Shown one piece after another: positions 1 to 10,193 of a stretch of DNA of 64,000 nt. Location of the stretch: contig JAZKZO010000052.1 of NCBI GenBank assembly GCA_045612665.1, forward strand, positions 9,839-73,838. The letters are read 5' to 3'. The notes beneath the pieces are model-generated. The model saw only the letters and a list, made by a program, of their open reading frames with translations. It had not been told where the DNA came from and searched no databases. This DNA comes from Eubacteriales bacterium. GTDB lineage: Bacteria; Bacillota; Clostridia; Oscillospirales; CAG-272. A program made the position numbers and the translations under genes. Position 1 is the first letter of the stretch; every line of letters starts with the position of its first letter.

Positions 1-2122
1 CAGGAAGAGCGTAGTATGTGTACTCTCTTTCGGCATTCTCGGAGCTATCGTGAAGGGTAAGTGGAACGATTGCCATATCAGGGAACCATGAAAGAACGTC
101 ATCAGTATCGTTTTCGATATATTCGTTAAGTGGCAACACTGCGCTACGAAGTGCGAAGTCGATAATCTGCGCGCTCGCCTCCATCAAGGAAACGTCCGGT
201 CCTGCGTTCGCAAGAACAGAAGGAAGAAGTGTTCCGCCTGATACGAGCTTGAGGTTAGCTGATACGCCTGTTTTAGGTGTGAAATCATTATCTATAAGGC
301 TTCTCATTACTTGTGCTTGGTCACGTCCTGAGGCAATCCATACCTCAACAGGATCAACCTTGGAGCTCTCATCGGTGGTTGAGCCGAGAGAGTTATAGTC
401 TGTGATAAAGCTGTAGAAGAACATTCTAAGCTCATACCACAAGGATTCAAAGAAATTACCATCGCTCTTCGGTAATTCTGAATTTGCGCTTTGAACTGTA
501 ATATAGTCAACCTTCAATGGCTGTGCCGATACGTTTGTTATCCAAGTACCGAGTGAGCCGAGCTGTGTCTTAAAGGTTTCGAGGTTACCTGCAATATCCT
601 CATCTCCGCCACTCGCCATTTTACCAAGGAGAATGTAGAGCTGTTCAAGTGTTGCAGTGTTCTCACCCTTCAAGCCTGTTGTCTCAGAGAGGTATGTATA
701 AACTCTCTTAAGGTTAAAGGACTCGGTCATAAGTGTTTCGATAACCTCAGGCATTACCTTTGAGAAGTTATATGTGCGGTTTTTATCAGGGTTACTACCT
801 GTAAGCTTAACAATCTGCAAGTATGCGTTGTTAAGATTTGCAAGAGTTGATGAAATTTGTCTTAATTGCTCACCCATATCGGAAAGAACAGCCTCAAACT
901 TAATTGTGTATGGCTCTTCTCTTGCCTCAAGGTAGAACACAAATTCCTGACTTCCCGAGCCAAGATACTTTGTTTGCCACTTACTTGTGTAGTCGAAACG
1001 GCAATCAGCAGCCTCTTGGAAAGGAATTTCATCATCAATGTAAACCTTACGTGAAACATACATGTTGCTAAGAAGGTCCTGCTTATAGCGCATACCGATT
1101 CCATAGTATCCGCTTTCGGTTACCTTTACCTCATATGTAATCCAGTCGCCAACGGTGCTCCACTGTGTTCCGCCTGCGATATTGTACTTTTGTACCTGTG
1201 CAGACTGTGGACCTGTAAGACCGCTTGTGATAGGAGAGGTTCTATCCTGAAGAGGATAAATTGTAACGCTTGAGGTGTTGGTTACCTTCTCTGCCTCAAT
1301 CAAAATTGCAGGAGCGCTTGGAGTGTTAGATGCGATGTCGCCGTGCTTTGCGATGTATTCCTCATAAGTAGGAATATCAATCTTTGAAACAGGGCGAAGC
1401 ACGATGTCGCCAAGTACAACAGGCTCTCTTGTGCTTTCGAGAGTGATTGTGTTTTCTCCTGCCTGGAAGAAGAATTCAAATGGCTCGGTGTAGTATCCGT
1501 TTGCATCCTGAAGGGTACGAACAACCCACTTTGGATCCTCGGAAACTGACGGACGAATATCGTTACCGTTACCGTCCTGCTTGAATGATTCTTTTCCGTT
1601 TTCATCAATTACGTAATCGTATTTCCATACCTTTGAGAGGACGATTGAACGAGCCTCGGAGAAAGGAATCTCTCCATTGATAGAAAATACACGCTCAATA
1701 GACGTGGTTTTTCCCACGATCTGACAATATGGAATGTCAATTTGATAAAATCCTGTTACAGGAACATTGAACTTCCATGTAATTTTTCCAGTGTCGGATG
1801 TTTTGAGCACATCATCCTTACCGTAGTAGCCATCTACCTTTTCAATGGTCGAGGTTGTGTCGGACGCAACGACATCGTCAACTATATCGATTACAACGTC
1901 CTTCATACCCTCAGTTGTCTCTTGTCTACCGCTGAACTTGTCCTGATACTCCTTGTAAGAGAGAGCGTTAAGAATCTCACTTACGTCAGAGATGGACACC
2001 TTTCCATCAGTAGAGGAAGAGCTACCACTGTCGGTAGCGGCAGATACAGGCATAGCAACAGCGCCGGCTAACATCATAGCGCAGATAAGAAATGCCAGTA
2101 ATCTTTTCGCCTTCTTTTTCAT
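1..2122 (-). CDS. Large extracellular solute-binding protein of a carbohydrate ABC system (partial, runs off the left edge; missing from the ORF track)
   Basis: ATG at 2122 after GGAGG; signal peptide MKKKAKRLLAFLICAMMLAGAVAMPVSA; segments IERVFSINGEIPFSEAR and NLKLVSGGTLLPSVLANAGPDV typical of long Firmicute sugar SBPs; the frame at the window edge (..EYTYYALP) agrees with the start. Confidence 0.8.
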   Translation of the reverse strand, partial: MKKKAKRLLAFLICAMMLAGAVAMPVSAATDSGSSSSTDGKVSISDVSEILNALSYKEYQDKFSGRQETTEGMKDVVIDIVDDVVASDTTSTIEKVDGYYGKDDVLKTSDTGKITWKFNVPVTGFYQIDIPYCQIVGKTTSIERVFSINGEIPFSEARSIVLSKVWKYDYVIDENGKESFKQDGNGNDIRPSVSEDPKWVVRTLQDANGYYTEPFEFFFQAGENTITLESTREPVVLGDIVLRPVSKIDIPTYEEYIAKHGDIASNTPSAPAILIEAEKVTNTSSVTIYPLQDRTSPITSGLTGPQSAQVQKYNIAGGTQWSTVGDWITYEVKVTESGYYGIGMRYKQDLLSNMYVSRKVYIDDEIPFQEAADCRFDYTSKWQTKYLGSGSQEFVFYLEAREEPYTIKFEAVLSDMGEQLRQISSTLANLNNAYLQIVKLTGSNPDKNRTYNFSKVMPEVIETLMTESFNLKRVYTYLSETTGLKGENTATLEQLYILLGKMASGGDEDIAGNLETFKTQLGSLGTWITNVSAQPLKVDYITVQSANSELPKSDGNFFESLWYELRMFFYSFITDYNSLGSTTDESSKVDPVEVWIASGRDQAQVMRSLIDNDFTPKTGVSANLKLVSGGTLLPSVLANAGPDVSLMEASAQIIDFALRSAVLPLNEYIENDTDDVLSWFPDMAIVPLTLHDSSENAEREYTYYALP

Positions 2123-2218
2123 AAGAAACCTCCATTTATTTTGCAACGTTATTCACCACCGAGCGAAGGTGGCGTGATGCCTTATACACGCGTGTATAGG
2201 CGTCTTTATGCAAAGGTA

Positions 2219-2248
2219 ATTGTACCACACGGGCTTGGCAATTGTCAA
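2219..2248 (-). promoter_or_regulatory. Sigma-A-type promoter for the SBP gene
   Basis: Minus strand TTGACA-N18-TACAAT with extended TG. Confidence 0.55.
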
Positions 2249-2617
2249 GCATTATATTTATATATAAAAAAACACGGCGCGTTTTAAGAAATAAGCGCTT
2301 AGGCGCATTTTTCCTTATTATTAACTTTTTGTAAATTTTTTGAAGAAAATTTTTATTTCTAAAAAAGAGGAAAATTTCCTCTTGCCAAGCCATTTTCGAC
2401 ATTTTTTGCGCAACAAATTGTGAACAAATTGTGAACAAATTTCAAAAATTTGTTTTGTAAGTATTGCACAAAATTACAGGTCTATTTTTAGGCATATGTT
2501 ACAACGCAACAAACTTTTTTGGGCTATTTTTCGCATTTTGCAATTTTTTGGTAATTTTTGCCGTATTTTGCCTTTATTTCATCATTAAAAAAATCGACAG
2601 TTTTTTCCTGTTAAGTA

Positions 2618-2646
2618 TTGACTTTAGGGGCGTAATCTTATATAAT
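2618..2646 (+). promoter_or_regulatory. Sigma-A-type promoter for glucokinase-recG
   Basis: TTGACT-N17-TATAAT, followed by an AAGGAG RBS. Confidence 0.7.
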
Positions 2647-2676
2647 TGACTTATAAACTATCAAGGAGAACTCACA

Positions 2677-3639
2677 ATGTATTATTTAGGTATTGACCTC
2701 GGCGGAACAAACATCGCCGCAGGTATTGTAGATGAAAACAGTAAAATTCTATTGAAGGGCTCTGTGCCAACTATGGCAAACAGAGACGGCAAGCTTATCA
2801 TTAAGGATATGGCTGAGCTTTGCAAGAAGCTCGTTTCCGATATGGGCTTGACAATTGATGATATCGAGTATGCAGGTATTGCAACTCCCGGTACTGCCAA
2901 CTCCGACACAGGTGTTGTTGAGTACGCAAACAATCTCCCCTTTGTAAACTTCCCTATTGCCGACCTTTTGAAGGAATATCTCGGTGTTAAGAAGGTTTAC
3001 ATAGAAAACGATGCTAATGCTGCTGCAAAGGCTGAGGCTGTTGCAGGTGCTGCCAAGGGTGCAAAGTATTCAGTTATGATTACTCTCGGTACAGGTCTTG
3101 GTGGCGGTATCGTTCTTGACGGCAAGGTATATTCAGGCTTTAACCACGCAGGTGCTGAGCTTGGACACGTTGTTATCGAAAAGGACGGCAAGCCATGCTC
3201 ATGTGGAAGAAAGGGCTGTTGGGAAGCATACAGCTCCGCGACAGGTCTTGTTAATATGACAAAGCAAAGACTTATCGAGGCAAGAGCTAACGGTGTTCAC
3301 TCTCTTATCGACGATATGATTGACTCGGATCTCAACAGAGTTAACGCTCGCGTTGCGTTCGCTGCTATGAAGCAAGGGGACGAGCTTGGCGCGAAGATTG
3401 TTGACGAGTATATCGATTATCTTGCAAGCGGTATTGCAACAATGATTAACATTTTCCAACCAAACGTACTCTCCATCGGCGGTGGCGTTTGCAACGAAAA
3501 GGATTACCTTCTCGTTCCACTTAAGGAAAAGGTATTCAAGGAAACATATTCAAGAGATCCTGCAAAGCAGACACAAATCAAGATTGCTGAGCTCGGTAAC
3601 GATGCGGGCATTGTTGGTGCAGCTTCACTCGGTCTTTAA
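2677..3639 (+). CDS. glcK: ROK family glucokinase
   Basis: GIDLGGT, ENDANAAA, GTGLGGG, GAELGH and CSCGRKGCWE zinc motif; no N-terminal HTH. Confidence 0.9.
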   Translation: MYYLGIDLGGTNIAAGIVDENSKILLKGSVPTMANRDGKLIIKDMAELCKKLVSDMGLTIDDIEYAGIATPGTANSDTGVVEYANNLPFVNFPIADLLKEYLGVKKVYIENDANAAAKAEAVAGAAKGAKYSVMITLGTGLGGGIVLDGKVYSGFNHAGAELGHVVIEKDGKPCSCGRKGCWEAYSSATGLVNMTKQRLIEARANGVHSLIDDMIDSDLNRVNARVAFAAMKQGDELGAKIVDEYIDYLASGIATMINIFQPNVLSIGGGVCNEKDYLLVPLKEKVFKETYSRDPAKQTQIKIAELGNDAGIVGAASLGL

Positions 3640-3705
3640 TCAACGACTTATAAAAGCGTGGCTCGCCCACGCTTTTGTTCTATAAAATTGAAAGGGGGTA
3701 ACAAA

Positions 3706-5874
3706 ATGACGCTTGATATGCCTATTGGCAAGCTATACGGAGTAGGTCCAAAATATGAAAAGCATTTTGCGATGGGCGGTCTATACACCGTTGAGGATTT
3801 GCTTTACTATTTTCCAAGAGCCTATCAAAACCGTGCCGACATTTGCTCTCTTGCAAGCGCGAGCTTTGACAGCGCCCCGCACGCATATATTTTGACTGTT
3901 GCCTCCGACGTCAAGGTTGCCATGATTCGTCGAGGAATGAACATTTTGAAGTTCAAGGCATTTGACGAGAGTGGAACGGTTGAGATAACCTACTTCAATC
4001 AAAATTATCTAAAGGAAGTGTTTAAAAAGGGTGCTACCTTTAGATTTTGGGGCAAGGTTACAAAGGAAAAGCGCACCCTGTGTATGAATTCGCCATCATA
4101 CGAGGCATATACAGAAGCAAGACCGCTTGACCCGTTCGTTTCGGTTTATCCTCTCTTTTCGGGAATGAACCAAAAGTATCTTTCAAGGCTTATCGGCTCG
4201 ATTTGTGATGAAATTCAGCTTATTGTCAAGGACCATTTGCCTGAAAAAATCCGTCTTGAAAACGGGCTTTGCACGCTCGCTTATGCCCTTAAAAATATTC
4301 ACTTCCCCGAAAGCAACGATGCCCTTGAAAGAGCGATGCGCCGTCTCACCTTTGACGAGCTTTTCTTGTTCGCGCTTTCAGCCTCGCAAATAAAGACGGT
4401 TTCTTATGCAAAGCTTGCGCCCAAGATGAAAGAGGTTGATTTATCGCCTCTGCTCTCGCAAATGCCATATGAGCTAACCGATGCGCAAAAGCGCACGATT
4501 TCCGAAATTCAAGGGGATATGTGTGCGAATTTCGCTTCTTCTAGCTCAAATTCGGACAAATATATTCCGCTAGAATTCACGATAAAGCCAATGAACCGAA
4601 TTATAGTTGGCGACGTTGGTAGCGGCAAGACAATTTGTGCTGCTTCATCTGCGTTTATCGCGTGTAAAAACGGATATCAATGCGCGCTTATGGTGCCAAC
4701 CGAAATTCTTGCCTTTCAGCATTTTGAGGATTTGAAGCCTCTATTCGAAAATGCAGGTATTTCCTGCGAGCTTTTGACGGGCTCAACCCCTGCAAGGGCT
4801 AAAAAAGAGATACTCTCCCGACTAAAAAGTGGTGAAACCTCGTTTGTAATAGGCACTCACGCACTAATTCAAGAGAGTGTTGAATTCAAAAATTTGGGAC
4901 TCGTTATAACCGACGAGCAACACAGATTTGGCGTTATGCAAAGGGCAAGGCTTGCCGAAAAAAGCAAGAGCGCGCACGTGCTCGTAATGAGCGCTACTCC
5001 TATCCCCCGTACTCTCTCGCTTATGATTTACGGAGACCTTGATATTTCGCTCATCGACGAGATGCCAAGGGGACGTCAACGTGTTGACACATTCGTTGTT
5101 GACGAGGGCTATCGCACACGTCTTAACGGCTTTATAAGAAAGCAGGTTGAGGGTGGAAATCAGGTTTACGTGGTTTGTCCAAGTGTTGAGGAAAAGAAGG
5201 ACGACATTCTTGAAAGTGCCGATTTCAATCCGTTTATTATCAATTTTAAAGACACTCCCCCCCTTAAAGCGACAGTTGACTACGCAAAGGAGCTTTCCGA
5301 AAACGTATTCCCTGACCTAAACGTAGGCTTCCTTCACGGAAAGATGAAGGCTAAGGAAAAGGACGCGATTATGATGGACTTTGCTAACAGGAAAATTGAC
5401 ATTCTTGTGTCAACTACGGTTATCGAGGTCGGTGTAAACGTTCCGAATGCGACTCTTATGGTGGTCGAAAATGCCGAGCGCTTCGGTCTTTCACAGCTTC
5501 ATCAGCTAAGAGGTCGTGTCGGTCGTGGCAAGGACAAGTCGTATTGTATTCTCGTTTCTAATTCAAGAAGCGACGCAAGCCGTGAGCGCCTTGAAATAAT
5601 GCGCACAACCTATGACGGCTATACAATTGCCGAGCGCGACCTTAAAATGAGAGGACCTGGCGATTTCTTTTCTAACAGCTCGGGAATTCGACAGTCGGGC
5701 GAGGTAAGCTTTAATATCGCAAAATCTTGCTCCGACGAGGCACTTCTCCACTCCGCATTTGAAAGCGCAAGAGCGGTTTTAAAGGACGATAAATCCCTCT
5801 CGAAAGCCGAAAACGCACCTCTGCTTGCCAAGGTTGAAAAAATTTGCAACGTTACCGCAAAAACTATAAATTAA
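3706..5874 (+). CDS. recG: ATP-dependent DNA helicase RecG
   Basis: GDVGSGKT, DEQHRFG, SATPIPRTL, QLRGRVGRG, RGPGDF; ATG at 3706 after AAGGGGG. Confidence 0.95.
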   Translation: MTLDMPIGKLYGVGPKYEKHFAMGGLYTVEDLLYYFPRAYQNRADICSLASASFDSAPHAYILTVASDVKVAMIRRGMNILKFKAFDESGTVEITYFNQNYLKEVFKKGATFRFWGKVTKEKRTLCMNSPSYEAYTEARPLDPFVSVYPLFSGMNQKYLSRLIGSICDEIQLIVKDHLPEKIRLENGLCTLAYALKNIHFPESNDALERAMRRLTFDELFLFALSASQIKTVSYAKLAPKMKEVDLSPLLSQMPYELTDAQKRTISEIQGDMCANFASSSSNSDKYIPLEFTIKPMNRIIVGDVGSGKTICAASSAFIACKNGYQCALMVPTEILAFQHFEDLKPLFENAGISCELLTGSTPARAKKEILSRLKSGETSFVIGTHALIQESVEFKNLGLVITDEQHRFGVMQRARLAEKSKSAHVLVMSATPIPRTLSLMIYGDLDISLIDEMPRGRQRVDTFVVDEGYRTRLNGFIRKQVEGGNQVYVVCPSVEEKKDDILESADFNPFIINFKDTPPLKATVDYAKELSENVFPDLNVGFLHGKMKAKEKDAIMMDFANRKIDILVSTTVIEVGVNVPNATLMVVENAERFGLSQLHQLRGRVGRGKDKSYCILVSNSRSDASRERLEIMRTTYDGYTIAERDLKMRGPGDFFSNSSGIRQSGEVSFNIAKSCSDEALLHSAFESARAVLKDDKSLSKAENAPLLAKVEKICNVTAKTIN

Positions 5875-5936
5875 CCGTACTTTTTCTTTAGGAGAAGAAA
5901 AAGTACGCAAAAAGAAACCAAAATTATAAACAGCAA

Positions 5937-5962
5937 AAAACCGACTCACTTGAGTCGGTTTT
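5937..5962. terminator. Bidirectional intrinsic terminator
   Basis: AAAACCGACTCA-CT-TGAGTCGGTTTT between convergent genes. Confidence 0.8.
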
Positions 5963-5974
5963 GTTTTTTATTTG

Positions 5975-6182
5975 GTTCGCCGCTATCAACGACCGAGGCA
6001 TTTTAGACATTTAGAGCAAGCTAGTAACGACGCATAGCGAAGCTATCAACGACTGAAAGCATTTCGGGCGTTCAGAGCAAGAAATTCTAGGCGCGACGAT
6101 GCCCGAGGGCGATGGTGTACTTGCGTACATCGAGGTCGAGGGCAAGGAAGCAACAACGAAGTTCGCCGCCATCAACGACCGA
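5975..6182. repeat. REP/MITE-like intergenic element with terminal direct repeats and an internal hairpin
   Basis: GTTCGCCGCYATCAACGACCGA at 5975-5996 and 6161-6182, degenerate third copy near 6041; central GTAC-TTGC-GTAC stem. Confidence 0.6.
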
Positions 6183-6184
6183 AA

Positions 6185-7672
6185 TTAGCCGTGGTACAAT
6201 TTCTTAGTCTGATACACCGGCTCGCAGGTTAGGTTTACACCGAGCTTGCGGAACGTGCCAACGTCAACGGGTGAAAGAATTACGCTTGAGTGGAGCTCGG
6301 CATTTTTGAGAAGCGCCAAGGTTTCCATTGCTTTTTTTGCTTCTGCGCTTGTTGCAGCGGTAATTGCCAAGGCGATAAGCACCTCGTCGGTGTGAAGTCT
6401 TGGGTTGTGTCCACCGAGGTTTTCAACCTTCAATTTTTGAACAGGGCCTAAGACGTCGGGAGAGATAATATCCTTATCGTCGTCAATTCCTGCAAGAGCC
6501 TTAACTGCATTTACAAGCACGGCACTTGATGCGCCAAGGAGTGCAGAGGTCTTTCCTGTTACAATTCTTCCGTCGCAAAGCTGAATTGCAGCGGCAGGAG
6601 CGCCTGTTGCCTGTGCCTTATCAAGAGCTGCCTTGATACACGGTCTTTCGCCTGCAATATCAATACCACCATTTTTCATAATGAGCTTGATTTTATTGAT
6701 TTCAGTTTCGCAATTGTTGCCCTTTCTTTGGTTGCAAAGAGCACTATAGTATCTTCTTATAATCTCGCGTCTTGAAGCATCTCTTACCGCCTCATCGTCA
6801 AAAATACAGTTTCCTGCCATATTTACACCCATATCCGTTGGGGATTTATAAGGGCATTCGCCAAGAATTCCCTCATACATAGCGCGCAAAACAGGGAAAA
6901 TTTCAACGTCGCGATTGTAGTTAACAGTAGTTTCTCCGTATGCCTGAAGGTGATACGGATCTATCATATTTATGTCGCTTAGGTCGGCAGTTGCAGCCTC
7001 ATAAGCCTCGTTTACAGGGTGGTCAAGAGGAATATTCCAAATTGGGAAGGTTTCGAATTTAGCATATCCCGACTTAATTCCGCGCTTATATTCGTGATAA
7101 ATTTGGGAAAGACAGGTAGCCATTTTTCCACTTCCAGGACCTGGAGCGGTAACAACAACGAGTGAACGAGTGGTTTCTATGTATTCGTTTTTGCCATATC
7201 CCTCGTCGCTTACTACCTTTTCAATGTCATATGGATAGTTTTCGATTTGGAAATGCTTATAAACCTTTATTCCAAGCGCCTCAAGCTTCGCCTTGAACGC
7301 CTCAACAACGCTTGACTTTTGATATCTTGTAAGCACAACGCTTCCAACGTAAAGACCGAAGCCACGGAATGCGTCAATTAAGCGAAGTACGTCAAGGTCA
7401 TAGGTAATTCCGAGGTCGCCTCTTACCTTGTTTTTCTCAATGTCGGTTGAGTTAATGGCGATAATAACCTCTGCCTCGTCCTTAAGCTCAGCAAGCATTC
7501 TTATCTTACTGTCGGGAGCAAATCCAGGTAAAACTCTTGATGCGTGGTGGTCGTCAAAAAGCTTGCCACCGAATTCGAGGTAAAGCTTACCACCGAACTG
7601 TGCAATTCTCTGCTTTATTTTTTCGGATTGTAATTTTAGATATTTTTCGTTGTCGAATCCTATTTTGTACAT
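6185..7672 (-). CDS. DUF1846 / UPF0371 family protein
   Basis: IGFDNEKYL, GKLYLEFGGKLFDDHHASRVLPGF, GPGSGKMATCLSQ. Confidence 0.9.
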   Translation of the reverse strand: MYKIGFDNEKYLKLQSEKIKQRIAQFGGKLYLEFGGKLFDDHHASRVLPGFAPDSKIRMLAELKDEAEVIIAINSTDIEKNKVRGDLGITYDLDVLRLIDAFRGFGLYVGSVVLTRYQKSSVVEAFKAKLEALGIKVYKHFQIENYPYDIEKVVSDEGYGKNEYIETTRSLVVVTAPGPGSGKMATCLSQIYHEYKRGIKSGYAKFETFPIWNIPLDHPVNEAYEAATADLSDINMIDPYHLQAYGETTVNYNRDVEIFPVLRAMYEGILGECPYKSPTDMGVNMAGNCIFDDEAVRDASRREIIRRYYSALCNQRKGNNCETEINKIKLIMKNGGIDIAGERPCIKAALDKAQATGAPAAAIQLCDGRIVTGKTSALLGASSAVLVNAVKALAGIDDDKDIISPDVLGPVQKLKVENLGGHNPRLHTDEVLIALAITAATSAEAKKAMETLALLKNAELHSSVILSPVDVGTFRKLGVNLTCEPVYQTKKLYHG

Positions 7673-7696
7673 AACCGTATCCTTTAAATTAGTGAT

Positions 7697-8908
7697 TTAT
7701 TTTATGATAATTTGATGTGGCAATCCGTTTTTGAATTCAGGAAAGCGCTCTCCCTGTATCAACGGAAGAACGTATTTTACGCATTCCTTTGTTGCCGAGC
7801 ATTCATCCTCACCGATAAAGCTATCGGGGACAAATTTAACCTTGTTTGCAACGTCGCACGCATTAGCGTACGAAATCTCTATTTTATAATCTCCGTGGGC
7901 ACGCACGAACACGGGAACTGTTCCGTTTTCGCCATCAAGTGCGAGCTTAACTGCCTCTTTACCGATTAAAATGCTTTCCTCAATGTCGGTTTTTGACGAG
8001 AGGTGAGATGCGCATCTTTGAGGCACATTTAGCTCAATTGCGCGAGTTTTACAGCCGAGCCTGCCCTTTACAAGGCTTGCAAGTGCTATTGCCGAGCCAC
8101 AAAGCTGACGGTTTCCAAACGCATCAACCGAGTTGTTATGGCAAACGTATTCACCGTCGGAATAGCGAATTCCCTCGCTTATTGCAACTACGACGTCGTT
8201 GTGGTCGCCAAGCACGCGCTCAACGTCGGAAATAAACTTATCGTTATCAAAGGCGCGCTCAGGAAAATAAATTAAGTCAACGCCCTTTCCATCAAGCGCG
8301 CAAAGGGATGCCGAGGCTGTAAGCCAACCGCTATCTCTACCCATAATTTCAACAATAGTAACCGCCCTTTGCGTATAAACGGCACAGTCGCGAATTATCT
8401 CCTTTAAGGTAGTGGCAATATATTTACATGCCGAGCCATAGCCCGGTGTATGATCCGTTATAACAAGGTCATTGTCAATCGTCTTTGGCACTCCGACAAC
8501 CACGATATCAAGCGAATTTTTCGCAACATATTGCGAAAGCTTATCAACCGTATCCATCGAATCGTTACCACCGATATAGAAAAAGTAACGGATGTTGTGC
8601 TTTTTTAGCACACTGACGATTTTCTCGTATCTAGACTCATCAGTGCCAAGCGACGGTAGACACAAGCGACAAGTGCCGAGGGCGCTGGCGGGTGTTAGCT
8701 CAAGCGCTTCAAGATCTCTTTCGTCCTCAAAAAAAGAAAAAAGGTCGACAATATCATCCCTTAAAAGCCCCTCTATGCCGTTTTTCATACCGTAGAGGCG
8801 ATTTATTTTTCCACTTTCAAGGCAAGCCCTGATAACTCCGGAAAGAGTTGCGTTTATTGCACAGGTTGGGCCACCTGACTGACCAACGATAGCATTAAAT
8901 TCACTCAT
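7697..8908 (-). CDS. pfp: Pyrophosphate-dependent-type 6-phosphofructokinase
   Basis: GQSGGPT, GGNDSMD (Asp) and PKTIDND (Lys) signatures, EIMGR; ATG at 8908 after AAGGAG. Confidence 0.8.
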   Translation of the reverse strand: MSEFNAIVGQSGGPTCAINATLSGVIRACLESGKINRLYGMKNGIEGLLRDDIVDLFSFFEDERDLEALELTPASALGTCRLCLPSLGTDESRYEKIVSVLKKHNIRYFFYIGGNDSMDTVDKLSQYVAKNSLDIVVVGVPKTIDNDLVITDHTPGYGSACKYIATTLKEIIRDCAVYTQRAVTIVEIMGRDSGWLTASASLCALDGKGVDLIYFPERAFDNDKFISDVERVLGDHNDVVVAISEGIRYSDGEYVCHNNSVDAFGNRQLCGSAIALASLVKGRLGCKTRAIELNVPQRCASHLSSKTDIEESILIGKEAVKLALDGENGTVPVFVRAHGDYKIEISYANACDVANKVKFVPDSFIGEDECSATKECVKYVLPLIQGERFPEFKNGLPHQIIIK

Positions 8909-9010
8909 GGCTCTCTCCTTTGTTTTTATCAACATATACATAGTATATCACAAGCGCGCGCAAAAGTAAAGGGCTGAATTTATTTTTTACATTTTTTTAA
9001 TTTTAATTCA

Positions 9011-9035
9011 AAAACGCCACACGAGGTGGCGTTTT
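9011..9035 (-). terminator. Intrinsic terminator
   Basis: AAAACGCCAC-ACGAG-GTGGCGTTTT just after the 9037 stop. Confidence 0.75.
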
Positions 9036-9036
9036 C

Positions 9037-10014
9037 TTATTTTATGTCTTCAAACACCTGTGCAGGTGCGTCATCAAGGCATTCGGGATGCTTAAAGCAT
9101 GCTCTTATCACCTTGAGTGCCGATGCATAATAGAAGCCGTCGCAAATACGCTCATCAAGATTATAGGTTATCTCGGTAAAGCTATGCTTTGTAACGCTTC
9201 CGTCCTCGTTTACCAAAAGCTCTCTTTGCTTTGAGCCAAAGGATATGAACGCGGGAACTGTACCGAAATCGTAAAGATGATGCACGATAGGCGGAATTCC
9301 GAGCGAGCCCATTGAGGTTATAAAAAGCGATGCGTGGAACGGGCTAAGCCTTGTCAAAAACTTGGGCAAAAGTCCGCAATAGTCAAGAAATCTCAAAAAT
9401 CTGATTGTCCAACGAAGCAAAAGCCCCGGAATAAAGTTAAGCGCCTTTGCGAGCTTATCAAACTTACTGTTTGGCTTTGCGCGATACTCCTCGATTTTGC
9501 CGTTCATAATTCTATAAACGTCATCAGCGGTAGCCGATGGGTCGATTATAACCTTAACGACGGTATCGGGCGATTCAAGAGTCATTTCCTTCTTAACGAC
9601 GAGGGAAATTTCAATTTTCTTTCTTGTATAAATCTTTTGACCGCGAATAAAGCGATTAATAGCCGGTCTTTGAGAAACTGCACGCACGTATGCTGCAAGA
9701 ATCACGTGCATAAGGTTAAAGCCAACAAGTCCCTCCGACTGCTTTTTCTTGATATACTCGTCAATCTTTGGCATACTGATTCTATCAAAAATAAAGTTTT
9801 GAGAGGTGTTTCTCGTTTCCATTATATAAGGGACAAGACGTTGCATAGGAGCAACTCCTCTTACCTTGCGTATCTTATCCTTTTCATAGAGCTTTTTTTC
9901 TTTCTTTTTAAGCTTAAGCTCTTCCTTTTTTTGTTTGTCAAGAGCCTTTTGCTCCTGCCTACTTAAAGGGCGTTGCTCTTCTGTCATTTCGTTCTTGTTT
10001 TCTATCATTTTCAA
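9037..10014 (-). CDS. 2-oxo-acid dehydrogenase E2-like acyltransferase-fold protein, no lipoyl domain
   Basis: FITSMGSLG and C-terminal LDERICDG resemble the E2/CAT catalytic domain. Confidence 0.7.
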   Translation of the reverse strand: MKMIENKNEMTEEQRPLSRQEQKALDKQKKEELKLKKKEKKLYEKDKIRKVRGVAPMQRLVPYIMETRNTSQNFIFDRISMPKIDEYIKKKQSEGLVGFNLMHVILAAYVRAVSQRPAINRFIRGQKIYTRKKIEISLVVKKEMTLESPDTVVKVIIDPSATADDVYRIMNGKIEEYRAKPNSKFDKLAKALNFIPGLLLRWTIRFLRFLDYCGLLPKFLTRLSPFHASLFITSMGSLGIPPIVHHLYDFGTVPAFISFGSKQRELLVNEDGSVTKHSFTEITYNLDERICDGFYYASALKVIRACFKHPECLDDAPAQVFEDIK

Positions 10015-10133
10015 GTCGTCCTTTTTGGATTTTGTTGATAAATCAATTCATATTTTACCACAAACAAGTAAAAAAATAAATACCTTTTTGAAAAAAACTT
10101 CTTTTTTAGAGTCTAGATTTATTTTTCCAAAAG

Positions 10134-10162
10134 TTGATTTTTCATTTATTATGTGATAAAAT
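10134..10162 (+). promoter_or_regulatory. Sigma-A-type promoter of the deo operon
   Basis: TTGATT-N17-TAAAAT with extended TG. Confidence 0.6.
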
Positions 10163-10193
10163 ATAAATATAGAACACGCAAAAGGAGCTTTTT

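Noticed and set aside
307-2649. Short ORFs in the first 2.6 kb
   Set aside because: They are shadow frames of the long minus-strand SBP gene or AT-rich intergenic noise.
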